The notes beneath the pieces are model-generated. The model saw only the letters and a list, made by a program, of their open reading frames with translations, made no database searches and had not been told where the DNA came from. A stretch of 64,000 nt of DNA from Oculina patagonica (lineage: Eukaryota). Of this stretch, positions 47,251 through 61,400 are shown one piece after another. The number at the start of each line of letters is the position of its first letter. Within the stretch, counting starts at the first letter, position 1. The translations under genes and the position numbers were made by a program. Where the stretch lies: NCBI RefSeq assembly GCF_052425735.1, contig NC_135770.1, positions 36,394,001-36,458,000 on the forward strand, given 5' to 3'.

Positions 47251-49017
47251 TCGGTTTTGTTTAAAGTTTGAACTGTGTATTGTGGGTATTTGGCAACAAT
47301 CATGTATCGACCATTCCGGGGGGGGGGGGCACCCTGTATTTTAACTGTTAGTGTGCTAAGTGTTTCGTTACGGTATATCTGGCTGGAATTGTTTTGCTTG
47401 CATGTCAAGAAAATCAAGTAGTTGCCGATTGATGGACATTTGTTTCAGAGCTTACTGGTGTCAGTAAGAGTGTTAATGAGCTTAGGTTTAAAGTGTTTAC
47501 GAGTTGGTTACGTAAGGTTTGTTACGTAACCCATCCCAGTGCGGAACTTTATTGGACAGGTATCACGCATGTTTGTTTTATGGATCTGTGTATCTCTGTA
47601 GGTTCAGTGTTTAAATTTTCAAAGCTCGCCGGTTGGCCGTTTTCATCCACGGAGTTTAATGTTTTATCCACGTTTAGACACGAACAACGTGGGATATATG
47701 GAAGTGATGTTTATCCTTTATTTTTCCCCAAGCTAGAAGTTTTAAAATTAAAATTCAAATATTATGTCTTTTTTTTTTATAATAATAAAAAAAATAATTT
47801 TAAACAGTCCACCCCCTCCACTGGCCTTGTCGCGATCAGAAGGGTAATCTCAGTTACGCCCTATAATCCGTTTACGACGGATTCCTGGTCCGGCTTGGCT
47901 AGTGGGGTTTTTTCCCTTCTGTTCATTTTTCGTTTGTTGTCTTACGTTTTCCTTTCTGTAACAACAATGGTTTTAATCTGCCCGCCTTAGGTATTGGCGA
48001 TTTCTTGAAGGAGTTTTTTCTTGAATCTCCTACTCTCATTATAAGCCACGATCGAAATACATGCTATGGTGTAGGGAAGTAACCCCACTAGCCTGGCCGG
48101 GCCTCTCGCATACCGGTTGGGGTTTGAGGGGATTTTTGAGTTTTGGGGAGAAGGTGTATTTTTGGGGTACTCTTTCCTATAAATGTGAAGATCTTTTGAG
48201 TTTGTACTGAAGCAGCAAGGTGCGTGAGCAGCCGAAGGCCACAATCTTTCCCCATACCTTATCCACGCCGGACAATGAGCGGCATAATTAATGAGTGAGA
48301 ATGGTATACTATTCTCATTCATAATTATGACGCGGAATTCAGAAGTGCGTGGATTACATAACCCCTTTTGTTTATAGATAGTTGTGTTAGGTAATGCTTA
48401 ATCACCACGTGCACAATCGCCGTATTTAAAGATCCCTTTGCTTAGTTTCGGGGCATTTCGAAAGAGATACGCAAGCCGGGAAGTCCGGGCGAATTTTCGA
48501 CCCTCCCACCTCCCCTTCGGCGACGTAATAGACAACTATAGTGCTTTCTCACCCTGTCACTCATTGCCTCGGCCACAATCTTTCCCCATACCTTATCCAC
48601 GCCGGACAATGAGCGGCATAATTAATGAGTGAGAAGGGTATACTATTTATACATACATGCCTTCTTTGTCAAGTCTCTTGGTTACCTTCTCACTAAAGAT
48701 GCCATTATCTACAGGCTGTTGTCAAGTTAACACTCGAATTATTTTTCTCTGTACCTTTCTTTTGACGCTGAGTCGTTTATTTTTGATTTTTTTTTTCGTT
48801 TGTAGACGACACAAGAAAATCTAGTCGTTAAAATCAAGCTATTTCTCACGCTATGCGCTCGTAGCAATAAAGCGGATGATTTCTGTATAGCTCCAACTCA
48901 ATTATGCATACAGATTTTCGTACTATCCTGACATTCGGAACAGCATGCAGCCGACATGAACAGAACAAAACTCACAACTACCATGCATAATAAAGTATAG
49001 GGTTATCAGTTACCGCA

Positions 49018-49860
49018 ATGAGGTACAACATTTTCCAGTCTTGGAGATTATTCCTGTGTTTAACATTTGCGGTGGCTAGCTTGCTAGGGCTCTGGCTTGT
49101 TTTCAATCTAAATGTGACTCGGTTCAATGATGTCTACCTGGTGAAATACGTTGGGAGGAATGAAATGAAAACAAGTGTTGTGCCAGAGAAGCCGTGGCAT
49201 AAAACGGTTACAACTCCCCCGGCACCTTACGTATACGGCGAGACTGGATGCCCTGACAATCCACGGCGCAAAGATTTACACGAACTTTTCCGCGCGTGGA
49301 CGACTGCCTGCAAGGAGCACAACATTAACTATACTCTGGCGTTTGGAAGTCTTCTCGGAGCGATGCGAAACAAAGATGTTATTCCATGGGATCACGACAT
49401 TGATATAAATATCCATGTAAAATATTTTCCGATTTTGAAGAGATGGTCGGAGGAAGGAAAATTTACAAAGACCGATGGTACGATTCGTTTGGCGATACAG
49501 CCTGGAGCTGTGATGAACATACCAGAGGAAAAGCGAACTCGCCATAACTGCCAAGGAAAAGTAACATCACACATGGAAGACCAATGCTCTTTTCTTGAGC
49601 CTATGGCGAGACTCATTAGAGGAAGTGTCTTTGTAGACTTTTTCCATTTTTACGAAAAAGGTCACTTGATTGAAGACCCCAGTGAAAATAGGTTAAAACA
49701 GTACAATAAGACAGATTTCTGTCCATTTAGACCGTGCAGTTTCATGGGTTTTAATGCTTTATGTCCAAACAGGCCTTGGGAAATTTTACGAGTTTACTTC
49801 AAGACTGACAACTTTGATCCGAACAAAAAGTGCAAGAATGGCATTTGGGTGGATAATTAG
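49018..49860 (+). CDS. LicD/fukutin-family nucleotidyltransferase-fold protein, type II membrane, single coding exon, 280 aa
   Basis: N-terminal TM; LAFGSLLGAMRNKDVIPWDHDIDI (GxLLG...PWDxDxD), VDFF and the C-terminal PNRPWEILRVYF region typical of LicD. Confidence 0.88.
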   Translation: MRYNIFQSWRLFLCLTFAVASLLGLWLVFNLNVTRFNDVYLVKYVGRNEMKTSVVPEKPWHKTVTTPPAPYVYGETGCPDNPRRKDLHELFRAWTTACKEHNINYTLAFGSLLGAMRNKDVIPWDHDIDINIHVKYFPILKRWSEEGKFTKTDGTIRLAIQPGAVMNIPEEKRTRHNCQGKVTSHMEDQCSFLEPMARLIRGSVFVDFFHFYEKGHLIEDPSENRLKQYNKTDFCPFRPCSFMGFNALCPNRPWEILRVYFKTDNFDPNKKCKNGIWVDN

Positions 49861-51138
49861 TAAACAAAGGAAAATTTGACGGTTTTGTTTCGATTTCGTT
49901 TTTCAGTTTAATCCAGAGTTAAATCCTGAGTGAATCCAGCTTGTTTGAACTGAAGTACGAATACGAGACTGAGTATGAGTACGACTTTTCAAACGTAGTG
50001 CTTATCACATGTTATCTGTTTCGATTTCCACACTTCACAGCAATCCTTTTCAACTGGTCAACAACAGGGAGCCGACCAATCAGAGACTGGAAAGAAGAAT
50101 ATAAACTCTAAGGTAATTTTTAGTGCTGGAAAATATCTCAGGAATTTTCTTCGTTAGTCCTAAAATGGAAATCGGGGATCACAGGAGGTTAAGAAAAAAT
50201 TCTTTGAGCTACACGGATCTCTGTACAGCTACGTCATCAGTGTGGAATTTTTCGGGTCGAATCGGGGAAAGAAACGTCTGTTTGCTCAGGCCAAGCTAGC
50301 GGCAGTTTAGCGGCAAATATTTATTCAAATAAGCAAAACAATCATAAACATCGTTTACAGTCCTTTATATTATCTGCAGGTCTTAGTTTTCTTTTCTGAT
50401 TGCACGATAGCTTCTGTCCGTTATCATAATCTTTATTTCCCATGCATAAAAACGTGAAGTCGAGGGAAGAGTAGCAACTCGTGTTATCTCTAATAAAAAA
50501 TGTGAAATAAAAAATAAAAATAAATTAAGTAAGTATGAATAAAATTAAAATTGAACAAAATAAAGCTGGTTTATTTGTGGAAGTTGAAAGCTGATTTTTA
50601 GTTCAATGTCACTCCCTTTATACGCCCTATGCCGTGCCCAGTCTGTACTTGTTTTCAAATTTTTTAAAATCCGTGAAAAACTGAGAGACAGACAGTCACG
50701 TAATGGCTTAGCAGCTTGGCTTTAGATCTATTTGCAGCTTTCGTCAGTGAAAACTCGCAAATAACTAGCAGAGGAAGTTTAAAGGGGTAATAAAACAGTG
50801 TTTTAGTTAAACTGATTCATGATTAAGGCGGGGGTAAATGTGTATTTGAGTGAAATTTTAGGAGGCTAAAGAAGGAAAGAAGAAGAAAAGTTGCTTTTGT
50901 TTGAAACACCACCAGACAGTTGACCCCCACGCAATTAAAGAGCGCATAGCACTCCAGGTTGTCAGGGGACTGTTTTGGTGTCCATCTACTAATTTTTAAC
51001 TTCAAATTATAATTTTAAAATCACACTTAATCTTTATAATATTTCTCATTTCTCCAAATTTTACTACTCCTTTGCGAAAACTATCTCCTAAAAAAATCCC
51101 CAAAATTCACCAAAAAATTCATAAAACACCGCAAAACA

Positions 51139-52355
51139 TAGTCTCCCTCGCAGCCGTTTTTAGTGTCGTCACGCAAAATTTTACACACTGCCAACTCGCT
51201 CGTCGCTGAATAGCTGGTAACATTTACATCCAGACATGATGAAATTATTGCCGGGAGATCAAAAGACGTTTTACCAAAAATAAAGATCTTTTCCTTTTTA
51301 GGAAATTCACAGGAACAGACAAAACACCGGTCACTCTGCAGCACTTTCTTTGGCGGAAAATTTCCGCCATTCCCAAACCTCTGCAAGGCACGAATTCGCG
51401 GAAAAAAACATGTTGATTTCAATCTCCTGTGCTCTGATTGGTCACATTATAAACAAAGGGAAAGGAATGTTGTTCGAATGTGAGCAGCCGTTTGTGGGGA
51501 GGAATTTTGCGTGACGACACTAATCAAAGATCTCTTCGAGATATCGACTTTTTTTGCATGAAGTTAGTATGAGTAGAAGGTTTGGATATTACCAAAAGCC
51601 GCTTCTCCTCGCGTTATTCTTTACCTTACGGCTACACATGCCATTTCTAACGACTACATTTCCAGTAAAACAGTTGCTGTTTATTTTTCTAATGGCGATG
51701 TATTATTTTCTGAATACATTCTTCATATATACCCACACCCCCGGCCCACACCGAAAAGAAATCCCTTGAATTGAGAACGCGAATAAATGATTATTTACTC
51801 GTGTTTAGCGTGACTAACGCAATAGATTGTCGCGAAAACAAATCCTTTAGGTTGAATATTAGCGCCGCTTTAGTGTGTGAGACGCTTGTACCAGTACAAC
51901 GCTTTAGACTGTGAAAGACTTAAACGTTGCCTTCATGGGCTGAACCACTCACATTCTCGATTAGTTGTGTCATATCTCATTTGAGATACTCACGCATAAA
52001 AATAATTGTTATATAACGTTTATACATGTGACAAGTCACGTTTTTAACACGAGATCGCAAGTGTTGACGCAATACTAATAAGAGACCCTTTCATCACCCA
52101 CAGCGGAATATGTGACAAGTCACGTCTTTAACACGAGATCGCAAGTGTTGACGCAATACTAATAAGAGACCCTTTCATCACCCACAGCGAAAAGAAATCC
52201 CTTGAGAAATTAAAACAGTCCCTTGAGAAATTAAAAATGTCCCTTGAGAGTTAACAAGAATGTGGTTCCAAATTTTGCCCCACATAACTGCTATTCTCCT
52301 ACTTTCGCTTGTAAACAAGCAAAAAAAGTCGAAAAAACGGCTGCGAGGGAGACTA
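51139..52355. mobile_element. 1.2-kb non-autonomous DNA element with TAG...CTA termini and 9-bp TSD
   Basis: tagtctccctcgcagccgttttt / aaaaacggctgcgagggagacta; TSD cgcaaaaca; internal ~83-bp tandem duplication (~52027-52189). Confidence 0.85.
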
Positions 52356-52779
52356 CGCAAAACATAGATTTGTGAAATGAGCAGAGAGTTTTTGAGCTTT
52401 TTTTGGACTGCTTGAAACCCTAACTAGATATTCGCATTAAACCCACATTAAACGGTGAAAAACGGCTTTCACGTGAACCCCGCCATAAAATAATGTCAAG
52501 AACTTAAATAAGGACAAATACTCTTTATCGCGTGACACCCATGGCCAACTGTCACGCAAGTCACGCGATTGCCTTCAACTGACCAAACCCTGCGCCCGCG
52601 GGATCACAGTTTGCAACTCAGCATCTCTGACAGCGTCTGGCAATTTTCCGGGTAATTTCGAAACTGGCTGACTTTCTATCCTCGAGTTTGCCCGCACAGT
52701 GATGATTTATCCGAATGACGAGATAACGTGAAAGGTATAACTTGGTTTAGAGCTCGGACATGCATAATAGACACCCAAG

Positions 52780-54663
52780 ATGATGAACAAGATTGCGGTT
52801 GTGGTTCTTGGTTTGGGGTTTATGTTCTATCGCCTCCATCTTTACTTCACTGTTCGCGAAGAAAAGGCAGAATTACATTCTTGGTTGAAGGAACACGATC
52901 TTCTGGATTATGAGGCTAAGTTGCACAAATTTGGTATGTTTTTGTTTGATGATTCTTACATTACCACGACCGTATTATTTCTGCAAGCTTATACGTATTA
53001 TCTTGCAATTGTAATTTGTACAATTTTGTGTTGTAGTGCAAATAATTTCTTTGTGTCTCCATATCCTTCTTTAAATATCAGTAAACCTATTGTTATTTCG
53101 AAATCGTGATTACATAATTTATTTACCTCCTTTATTTTATAAAATATTAGTCAAGACAGACAGCCACTTGCACTAATTTAAACAAAAGCTACGTACGTCG
53201 TTAATTTCATGCGAGGTTTGAATGCTGACATTTTTAAAACACTTTTGGTTTCAGGTATCTTCTGGAACATAAATAATAAAAGTACTTCTGTCAATCAACA
53301 ACATTGTTTAATAATTTATGTCCTTTTCCACGTGCAGTTAGTTTAAGGGAATTAACATCTACCAAATTCCCAGATCAGTTATGGTATAAGGTAAAGGAGA
53401 ATTTTAATATTTTAAGCTTCAGACAATGAATTCGAAAATGTCAGGGCAGATAACATGTTAATACATGGTTATGCAGTCAGTGATATAAATAGCTTTATTC
53501 AATGGATCTTTACATTGTGTTGATCAGTTAATTTCCAGCAGTGGCCAAATTATTTCCTCTCAGGACAAATAACTGTTAAGTCATTGACTGTCACCATCAG
53601 GACAAAACTCAAAGAACTCTGGTTTGTTGTGGTGCAAAGACAACAAATTTATAGTCTTCTAGTTCTGATGTGGTCATACTCTAATCAATATGACTTCTTT
53701 TTTACTCTACCTTGGAGCATTTGAACAGCCATTGACCACTGCTCATGCCTGGTGGGTGAGGTGTGTGTGTGTGTGGGGGGGGGAGGGATGGGGGGGGGGT
53801 AGAGATGGGCAGTGCTGGAATTAACTGCATTTAAAGTGTCACACATGCTCTTATCAAGGTGGTCATTTTCTAGAAATATGAGTTTTCCCTGCTTGACATG
53901 AAAGCACAAAAAAAATTATTTGAAATTTATTTTTCTTTTCCAGGTATTCTCTCCAAAGCCAAGTTTGCAACTCTTGATGCTCAAAGGTTCCTTACCCGAC
54001 ATGGTTCATTTTGGGGATTTTTCACATTTAGTTCTGAGAAGGAAAGGCTAGAATTGGCGGCACAGAAAGCGAAACATGAACTTCAACTCCTTTTCTGGCT
54101 TCAGGAGCTTTATTTGGATACTTATTACACAAAACTGCTGTCTCAAGGAATACACAGTTTAGAGAGTTTAATAGAAAATCTGCATTCTGATGTTCTAAGG
54201 GAGATCATTGAAGATAGCGATTTGGAGAAGCTTCAAGAAGCTGCTACACGGCCTGAGGGTCAATCATTTGAGGATTCCCTTCCTGTTAAGAGTGCCAAAG
54301 CAATGTTTTCTTTTTCTTGGTGGAGTATTAAGTTTATTGGTGAGTTATTTCTTCAAGTAGTATTTGAGAGTCAATAAAAGAATTTAATAAGTAAACTGTC
54401 TCTTACCCAGACAACTTTCATGTGCATTTAAATGTGTCTAAGGGACCGGTCATTATTTAGAGGCAGGAGAGGGCTGATGCACAGGGAGAGAGTTCAAATT
54501 CGTAGTTAAGTCACTGAAGTTTCATTTGCATTAGTTTAATACAATTTTATCTCGTTTTCATGTACATATAAATTTTTAGATATTTTTTAATCTTTTACAT
54601 CTGTAAATTTAGTTAGGATCGGGCAGGCGAAGAGCCACTCTGTGGATATACTGCCCGATGTGC

Positions 54664-54716
<53 letters not shown>

Positions 54717-57700
54717 TCCTGACCCTCCCTTTTTGTGAAGCACAGTTTTTGCTGGCCATCCCCCCTCTTGCCCATTCACCCCCTTAAACCTCCCTAATAT
54801 GCCTGCATAAATTTGTGTGCTCCCCTTTTTTCCTGCATAAAAGTCATTGACCCTCCCCCTATTTGCACCAGTCCTCCCCACCCTCTAAATAATGACTAGT
54901 CCCCAATAAGGACACCGAAGGGGCAGAGGTTGGTGTCCATATTATAGACGAGGCTGTGATTATATGAATTCTGGTTTCTCTGGGATCAAGTGAACTGTCC
55001 ATAATATAGAGATGTGATAATATAGAGATGTGATCCATTGATTATGACCATGCGAATGCAATCCATGTACAAATACCATGTATTTCTGAAAATAAGCCCC
55101 TCTCCCTGAAAATAAAAGTTAGCCCCCCAAATCTCAGATGCAAAAATCCCTGAAAATAAGTCATCCTGTTATTAGCCCGGGCTAATATTTACCGGTAGTT
55201 ACAGCTCTTAAAGAAAGGTGTAATTTTTCTGATTATTGTAGGCCTTTTCTGTATTTTACATTGGTAGAAAATGCCCAGAGCAACTGTAGGACTTTTTTGT
55301 TTAATGTTAAGTAGAGAGTTTTACTATGTGGTATTCTTGTATGCACCAAAACATAGTACTGTATTTATTCAGCTATAAGCCGAGCGATTTTTTCACCAAA
55401 TCTTACTGAGAACTGGTCAAAACTCAACGAAACTGGGGGTTCGGCTTATAGCCGAGTATTTTCGCCGAAAAAAAATTCCATGGTACAAAAAAAGAGTTGA
55501 ATTTAAATGAAGACAGATGAAATATTCATCTATAAGCCGAGCGATCATCAACAAACAAAAATTAACAAGCGTATTCTTGGTCATTACCTATAATTTAAGT
55601 GGAAGGTCCTAAAAAAGCCATTTGGTTTAATGAAGCAACGTTAGGAATAAAGTTTTCATTCGTCTTTTCTTTGCTATTTAAGCTGTAACTCGTTGAACAT
55701 CGGCCCACTCTAGAATATTAATCTTGTCAACGTACGTGAACTGTGATCGTGTTTTGAACTGTCGAGAGCATTCGAAATCCTGCATGTCTTAAACAATTTC
55801 CTCGATATCTCTTCTACAGTTTCTGCCAGAGACTTTTGCTGTTCCTTTGCCTTTTAAAGTTTAGTTAAATTGCAGAATCACCGCTAGCGTGACTCTTCAA
55901 GAGAAGAAGAAATTGATCTTTGCTTTGGTTTGTTGTGGCGACACAAGAAACTGGCCAATCAGAAGCAGTCATTTCCACACGCTTGGTACACATTGTAACA
56001 CGATCCTGACAGAATTTGGCTGGATGTAATATTTTTGTTCGAAACCGAAAACCACGACCTCTCTGCTAAAAGAAACCACATCAGGAGAGTTTGATTGGAT
56101 TCAGGATACTCGACAAATAACAGCACATCAAGTTTCGTTTCGATGACATCTTAAGTTCACCCGCTTGATCTTCTTGATCTGTTCGCTGGCCACTTCACAG
56201 ACTTGGCGAACTGCGACGAACTGAATATTCACTGAATCATATCCGTATTCTCTGACGATCTTGCAGTTGTTCTGAACGGTCTCTACCTCGGCAACAACTT
56301 TCAGTTTGAAGGTTTAGTTGTTTTAAAACGAGTAGCTTTTGGGATGATGATCGACAGCCGCTTAATTCTTCGGAAGAATGCGTGCTTGTTTCAGAACTCA
56401 GGTGTATTTTTTGTCACGCGTATGTACGGTTCTATTTAGTAAATTCATCTTTTATCAGTGATTTGTTGTTTTTTCAATTACATAGTTGTGATTTATCGAA
56501 TATGTTGATTTGCTGCGCGTGGATTGTTTTATAGTTTGAAGGAAAAATTGGGTCTCGGCTTATAGCCGAGTGTTTTGGTGTTATTTTTTGTCAGAGTCTA
56601 ACTGGTTCTAAAAACCAAAAGTTTAGGGTCTCGGCTTATAGCCGGGATCGGCTTATAGCCGAATAAATACGGTATCCTGTCACATTATACTGTCCAAATA
56701 TAAACCCAAAGATTTTTGATAATGCAAATTTCCATCTAAAAATACCCCCCTCCCCCATATATAAGCCTTCCCTGAAAATATGCCCTCCTGAAAGCAAGGT
56801 GATGAAAGGGAAAGCCCAGGGCATATTTTCGGAACTTTATGGTAAAGTTTTTCAGTGGGATCTTGATTTCTCGAATCTCCAAGGGAAACAAAAACTGCAT
56901 GGAGAAATCAGGGGTAAAATTTCAGTGTTTGACTGTGTGGAGCAAATCAGAGGGGAACAACTCTTAGTTTGAGTTATCAGGAGGTTCAAAATTCAAGGCT
57001 TCAAGAAATGGGGATTCCATCTGTTGTAGGTTTCCATTCTAGGTTGATCTTACTAGTGTTTCAACCTGAAGATAACATTTTTTAATCACTTAAAATAATT
57101 TGAATTTATTTATTGGGATTTCTCTTTTATGAATTCAAATTGTTCTATGTCATTGTAAAATTGTTATTTTCAGGTTGAAACAGATTAACCTTGGTTTAAG
57201 ACACATTTAACCTGAAAATCAATCTGACATACACACATAAAGCTAAAACCAAAAATCTCATAAAATTCCCTTTTCTTATCTAATATTAGTATTGTATTTT
57301 CCATTACAGGTAGAATGGTTGTTCTCATTGTTGGCTGTGTAGTGAGCCTAGTATGTCTCTGTGCTGGGATCTTTAGAATAAGAACCAAAAGCAGACAGCA
57401 TCAGTCTTCTTTCCTTCGATATATGTTTGGTTTAACATTGGAACCTAAATTCACGAAAGTCACATGGGAATGGAAGGATCCTCATGTTGTGGGTGAATCA
57501 ATGTCATTCTTTTTGAAGGTAATTTAATAATAATAATTATAATAATAATAATGATGATGATGACAACAACGACGATGGTAATGACGACAATGATGACGAC
57601 AACGGTGATGATATTTAATTTTTCTATGGCACAAATTAACATCAAAATACTATCAAATGCGCCTTAAATAAAGGGAAGCCTCGAGCCATGCAGCCCGTAC

Positions 57701-58450
57701 TGCCATAGCTTATCCTGGTTTCCGTTGCATTAAGTGGCTACGCTCCCCTGAATGGGATGCTAGTCCATCACAAGTACCCCCCCCCCCCAGCATTATGTTG
57801 CCGGTACTCAGGTGGAGAGAGGCAGTATGAGAGTACACTAACCATTAGGTCACTGCACCCCCTATAATGCGCCTTACAAACTATATTAATACTAGGAATA
57901 ATTATGCATACTTTCTGAAGTTGACATGGCTGTGTGATTTTGCCTGTCATTGTGGCATTTTAACATGTTGATTTGTTTTTAGTTTTACAGGATGAACTGC
58001 ACTCCTTATCTTATAACACCTGATGATTATGTCCTTGTTGAAATAATGCGTGATAACACATTCATCACTTCCTCGCGGGAATATGGTGGTGAAAAATGGG
58101 GAGAAGGAAATGTCATGAAAGTCTCCTTCACTGTAAGAGAAGCTGGAACTTATAAAATTTCTGTTCTTGCTCAAGGAACTCAAATCAGTGGAAGTCCCTT
58201 TACAAAGACATTTTTACCAGGTGCAGTATCTTTAGCAAACTAATTTATTGTAGCCAGTGTTGGGTGTCAGTAGTGAGTTTCTCACTCAGTTTAAATGTTA
58301 GCATCTGCCTCGCAATCCTGCCAACACCTTTGGGTTCTTAAAATGGCCATATCTAGGCAATTAGGCTACAGTAACGACTTGATCTAGTGCTAGAACACCA
58401 AATTACATCTTTTGGTATATAGCTCAAGGCAGGCCAGTTATTGGAGGGGA

Positions 58451-58481
<31 letters not shown>

Positions 58482-61400
58482 GGTGGGTGCTTTTTACGGA
58501 TGGGTTACTGTTTTGACATGAACATCAGAACAACAATAGATCCTGTAACTTAAGAAATGTTCTCTTTAATAGGGGCTCACTCAGTCATAACACCATTCAC
58601 TTGTTCAATATGTTTTATTAATATCACATTAAGATGAGATTGCGGACCTCATAAATCACTTGTCTAATCTGTCTATTCTTGATCAGTGTCTTAAAATGTC
58701 ACTTAAATGTCGAGATACTAATAACACCATGGAGCAACAAATAGCTTTCCACTGGACTCTCAAGATCACTTCTGCCAAAATACAGACACCAACAAACAGG
58801 CATTTTTCCATTTTTTACAGGCATATTGTTATTGGATATTATTGTTTTCTTATAAAGTATTATTATTTTAATAACTTTCTATTTTTAGGTTGTTTTGTGT
58901 TATGAATCATAATTTAATAAATTATTGTTGACATGTGATCACAGTCATGTCACTGTTTTATTGACAGATGCTGTTGATCCATCAAAGTGCAGTATTTTAG
59001 AGGGTGGATCATTACTAGAAGTTCAGCAAGGGATATACACACCCCTCACAGTGGAGGCTCGGGATAAGTTTGGAAATATTTGCCCACTGTCAGACCAAGA
59101 TGTTCATTCATATGGTGTTGAAGTAACTGAGGTAACAGGATTATTAATAATAATAATAATCTTTAATGAGGAAACTTTTTCACACATAAGTGGTTTTCAA
59201 AAAGGATCTCGAAAAGTTATTAGTTGTAAGCATTAATTAGGGTAATCTGATGGGGAGTCAATTCAGCTATGCCTCATTGAATGTTTTTACATTGTTCTTT
59301 AAAACCAATGCATGTAGTTTCTGTCACAGATCCGCAATACATGCAAAGGCAACAGCTACATAGTCCTCTACATGCATTGCATGCCCATAATGTTGGCTGC
59401 CAGTGTGATTTAATTTAATTTAGGACACAATCTGCTTATCACAAGGCAGAATTGCATATCCTAGTCTGTAAGTATTTTTTTCTTATCTGTGACCATACAA
59501 TGTATGTGATTGTCAATTACTCTTGAAAATATTGAATTCTTTTTCACTGTCATTGCCACACATTCTTTTAACCCTTTACTCCCTAAAGCGAATGCTCTTT
59601 TTACGTAAATTAAAAAATATAAACCAGATATCCATATATGATACACCATTTGAAAGTTCTTGAACAGAAAATTTAATAAAACACTTGGCCAAATAAGAAG
59701 GAAGTTACAGTTTTGAAAGAAGTTGGTTGAAACCTTAAAAAGAAAAAGATTTAAAAAATTGTTTCTCTCCGTATATAGTAGGTATACCCCTAAACTATAG
59801 CTTATTGTGCAGCTCTCAGTTTAAATGTTAGTTCTGAGCATTTACTGGGTTTCTTTATTTTCCCACCCTCCTGTCCCCTTCCACACATACCATAAGCTGC
59901 AAAGCCAGGAAAATGACTACATGAACGAAGTAAGCAGGTGAGGGATGAAATAAACCCACATGTGAGCCTGCTTGCAGGGTATCTAGTAACAAATTTTTGG
60001 TTTCATATTATTTTTTTGCAGATTGGAAGCAGTGAAAAGACAGATCCTGAGCTGGTGATTCTTCCTGATGGATTTGACAAAAACAATGTTCTTCACATTA
60101 AACTGGATAATGAAGGTTGTTTTAATGCAGTGGTTAAGTACAATGGAGTGCCACTGAGTCAAGGACAGCTAACTGTTATCTCCCTCAATTGTAAGTGTTT
60201 ATTTACAACAAGGAGCCCAAAAGTGTGACCACTTTGAATTTAGTAAATAATAAAGATGGTAATTTATTCACATTCTTTTGTGCAGATTTAATCAAACAGA
60301 AGTCAACTGCAAGTTATCCATGGCTTTTGTTTGGATAATGACTACACAAAAAATGTGAATTAATTAAAAGTGGTCACACTTTTGGGCTCCTTGCTGTAAT
60401 ATGTGTTTGTGCTTGTTAATAAACTTTTACCCCTTCCAATCCAAGCTTGAAACATGACAGTAAATTTGAGATTACTTTTCTGCAGTGCAAAGTTAATTGG
60501 AAAATTGTGTAGTAGGCAACAAACACTGCACCAATGATGGTGCAAATAGTGCACAATCAAATTGTGAACTTCAAGACATAGTAATGATTCATTAAAGTTG
60601 AGATATAAATTTACAGGTACAGGCAGCAAAACAAGCTAGATGGTTTTATTTAAGATTTATTAGTTTATTTTGCCACCCAATTTAACCTTAATTAATAAAA
60701 TCTGTCACAAACAGAGATATTGTTCAACACAGTAGCAATCATATTTCTTATTGACGCATGTTAAGCACCCACCTCCCCCCTCCTTGTGTCATAGTGACCA
60801 TAATTTCTTGTACCTTACCTTATCTCCTCCTTACTGCTATTAGCCAAAGATGCTGAACAAGTTAACAAGAATATCAAGAAGCAATGTTGGAATGTTTGGT
60901 ATGAAGCATACCTCTTGACAAATGATGAGTCATCACCAAACACAGGCACCAGTACCCCTGCCACACCCTCTCTGCCTTCTGGGATGAGAAGATCATCAAG
61001 CAATTTTGACTATGCTCCTATTGCATCTGCAGCTTTGAACAGCAGTGGCTTGAAAAAGTCTCGTAAAGTCTACTGCTACATTACAAAAAAGGTTTGAACT
61101 TATGGCTCAATCAGCACTCCCTTCATAAACAAGACTCATAATAAGCTTAGCTGTTGTCTTTTACAGTGGAGCCCAGACCGGCCCACCCTAATTCTGTGTT
61201 TATATTAAGTTAGAGATACTAAGCTTTCACCATGCACTTTCTAACAGGGAATGTAATTTCCATTGTTAAACAATGTAAGCTCTATTATATTGGGGTTTCA
61301 CTGCAGTAACATTAATTTACTACTTATTTTCTTTTCTCTACTAGCAATTATCAATCAAAGAATTCTATATGAAGATTATTCCCCATAGATTGTATGGATT

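Larger units (their letters stand above)
45580..48645 (+). mobile_element. Non-autonomous split-direct-repeat (PAT/Ngaro-type) YR retroelement
   Basis: A1 45580-45767 matches A2 48311-48498, and B1 48237-48310 matches B2 48571-48644 (1 mismatch). No RT or YR ORF recognisable. Shared CTATT core at both ends; junction homologous to that of the element at 29-8105. Confidence 0.88.

Noticed and set aside
47493-48322. 165-aa and 111-aa ORFs inside the non-autonomous YR element
   Set aside because: No RT, RNase H or recombinase motifs recognised; composition looks non-coding.
49018-49860. Bacterial contamination or recent horizontal transfer of licD
   Set aside because: It has a eukaryote-type type II membrane anchor, host-like composition and host repeats on both sides; older transfer cannot be assessed without a phylogeny.
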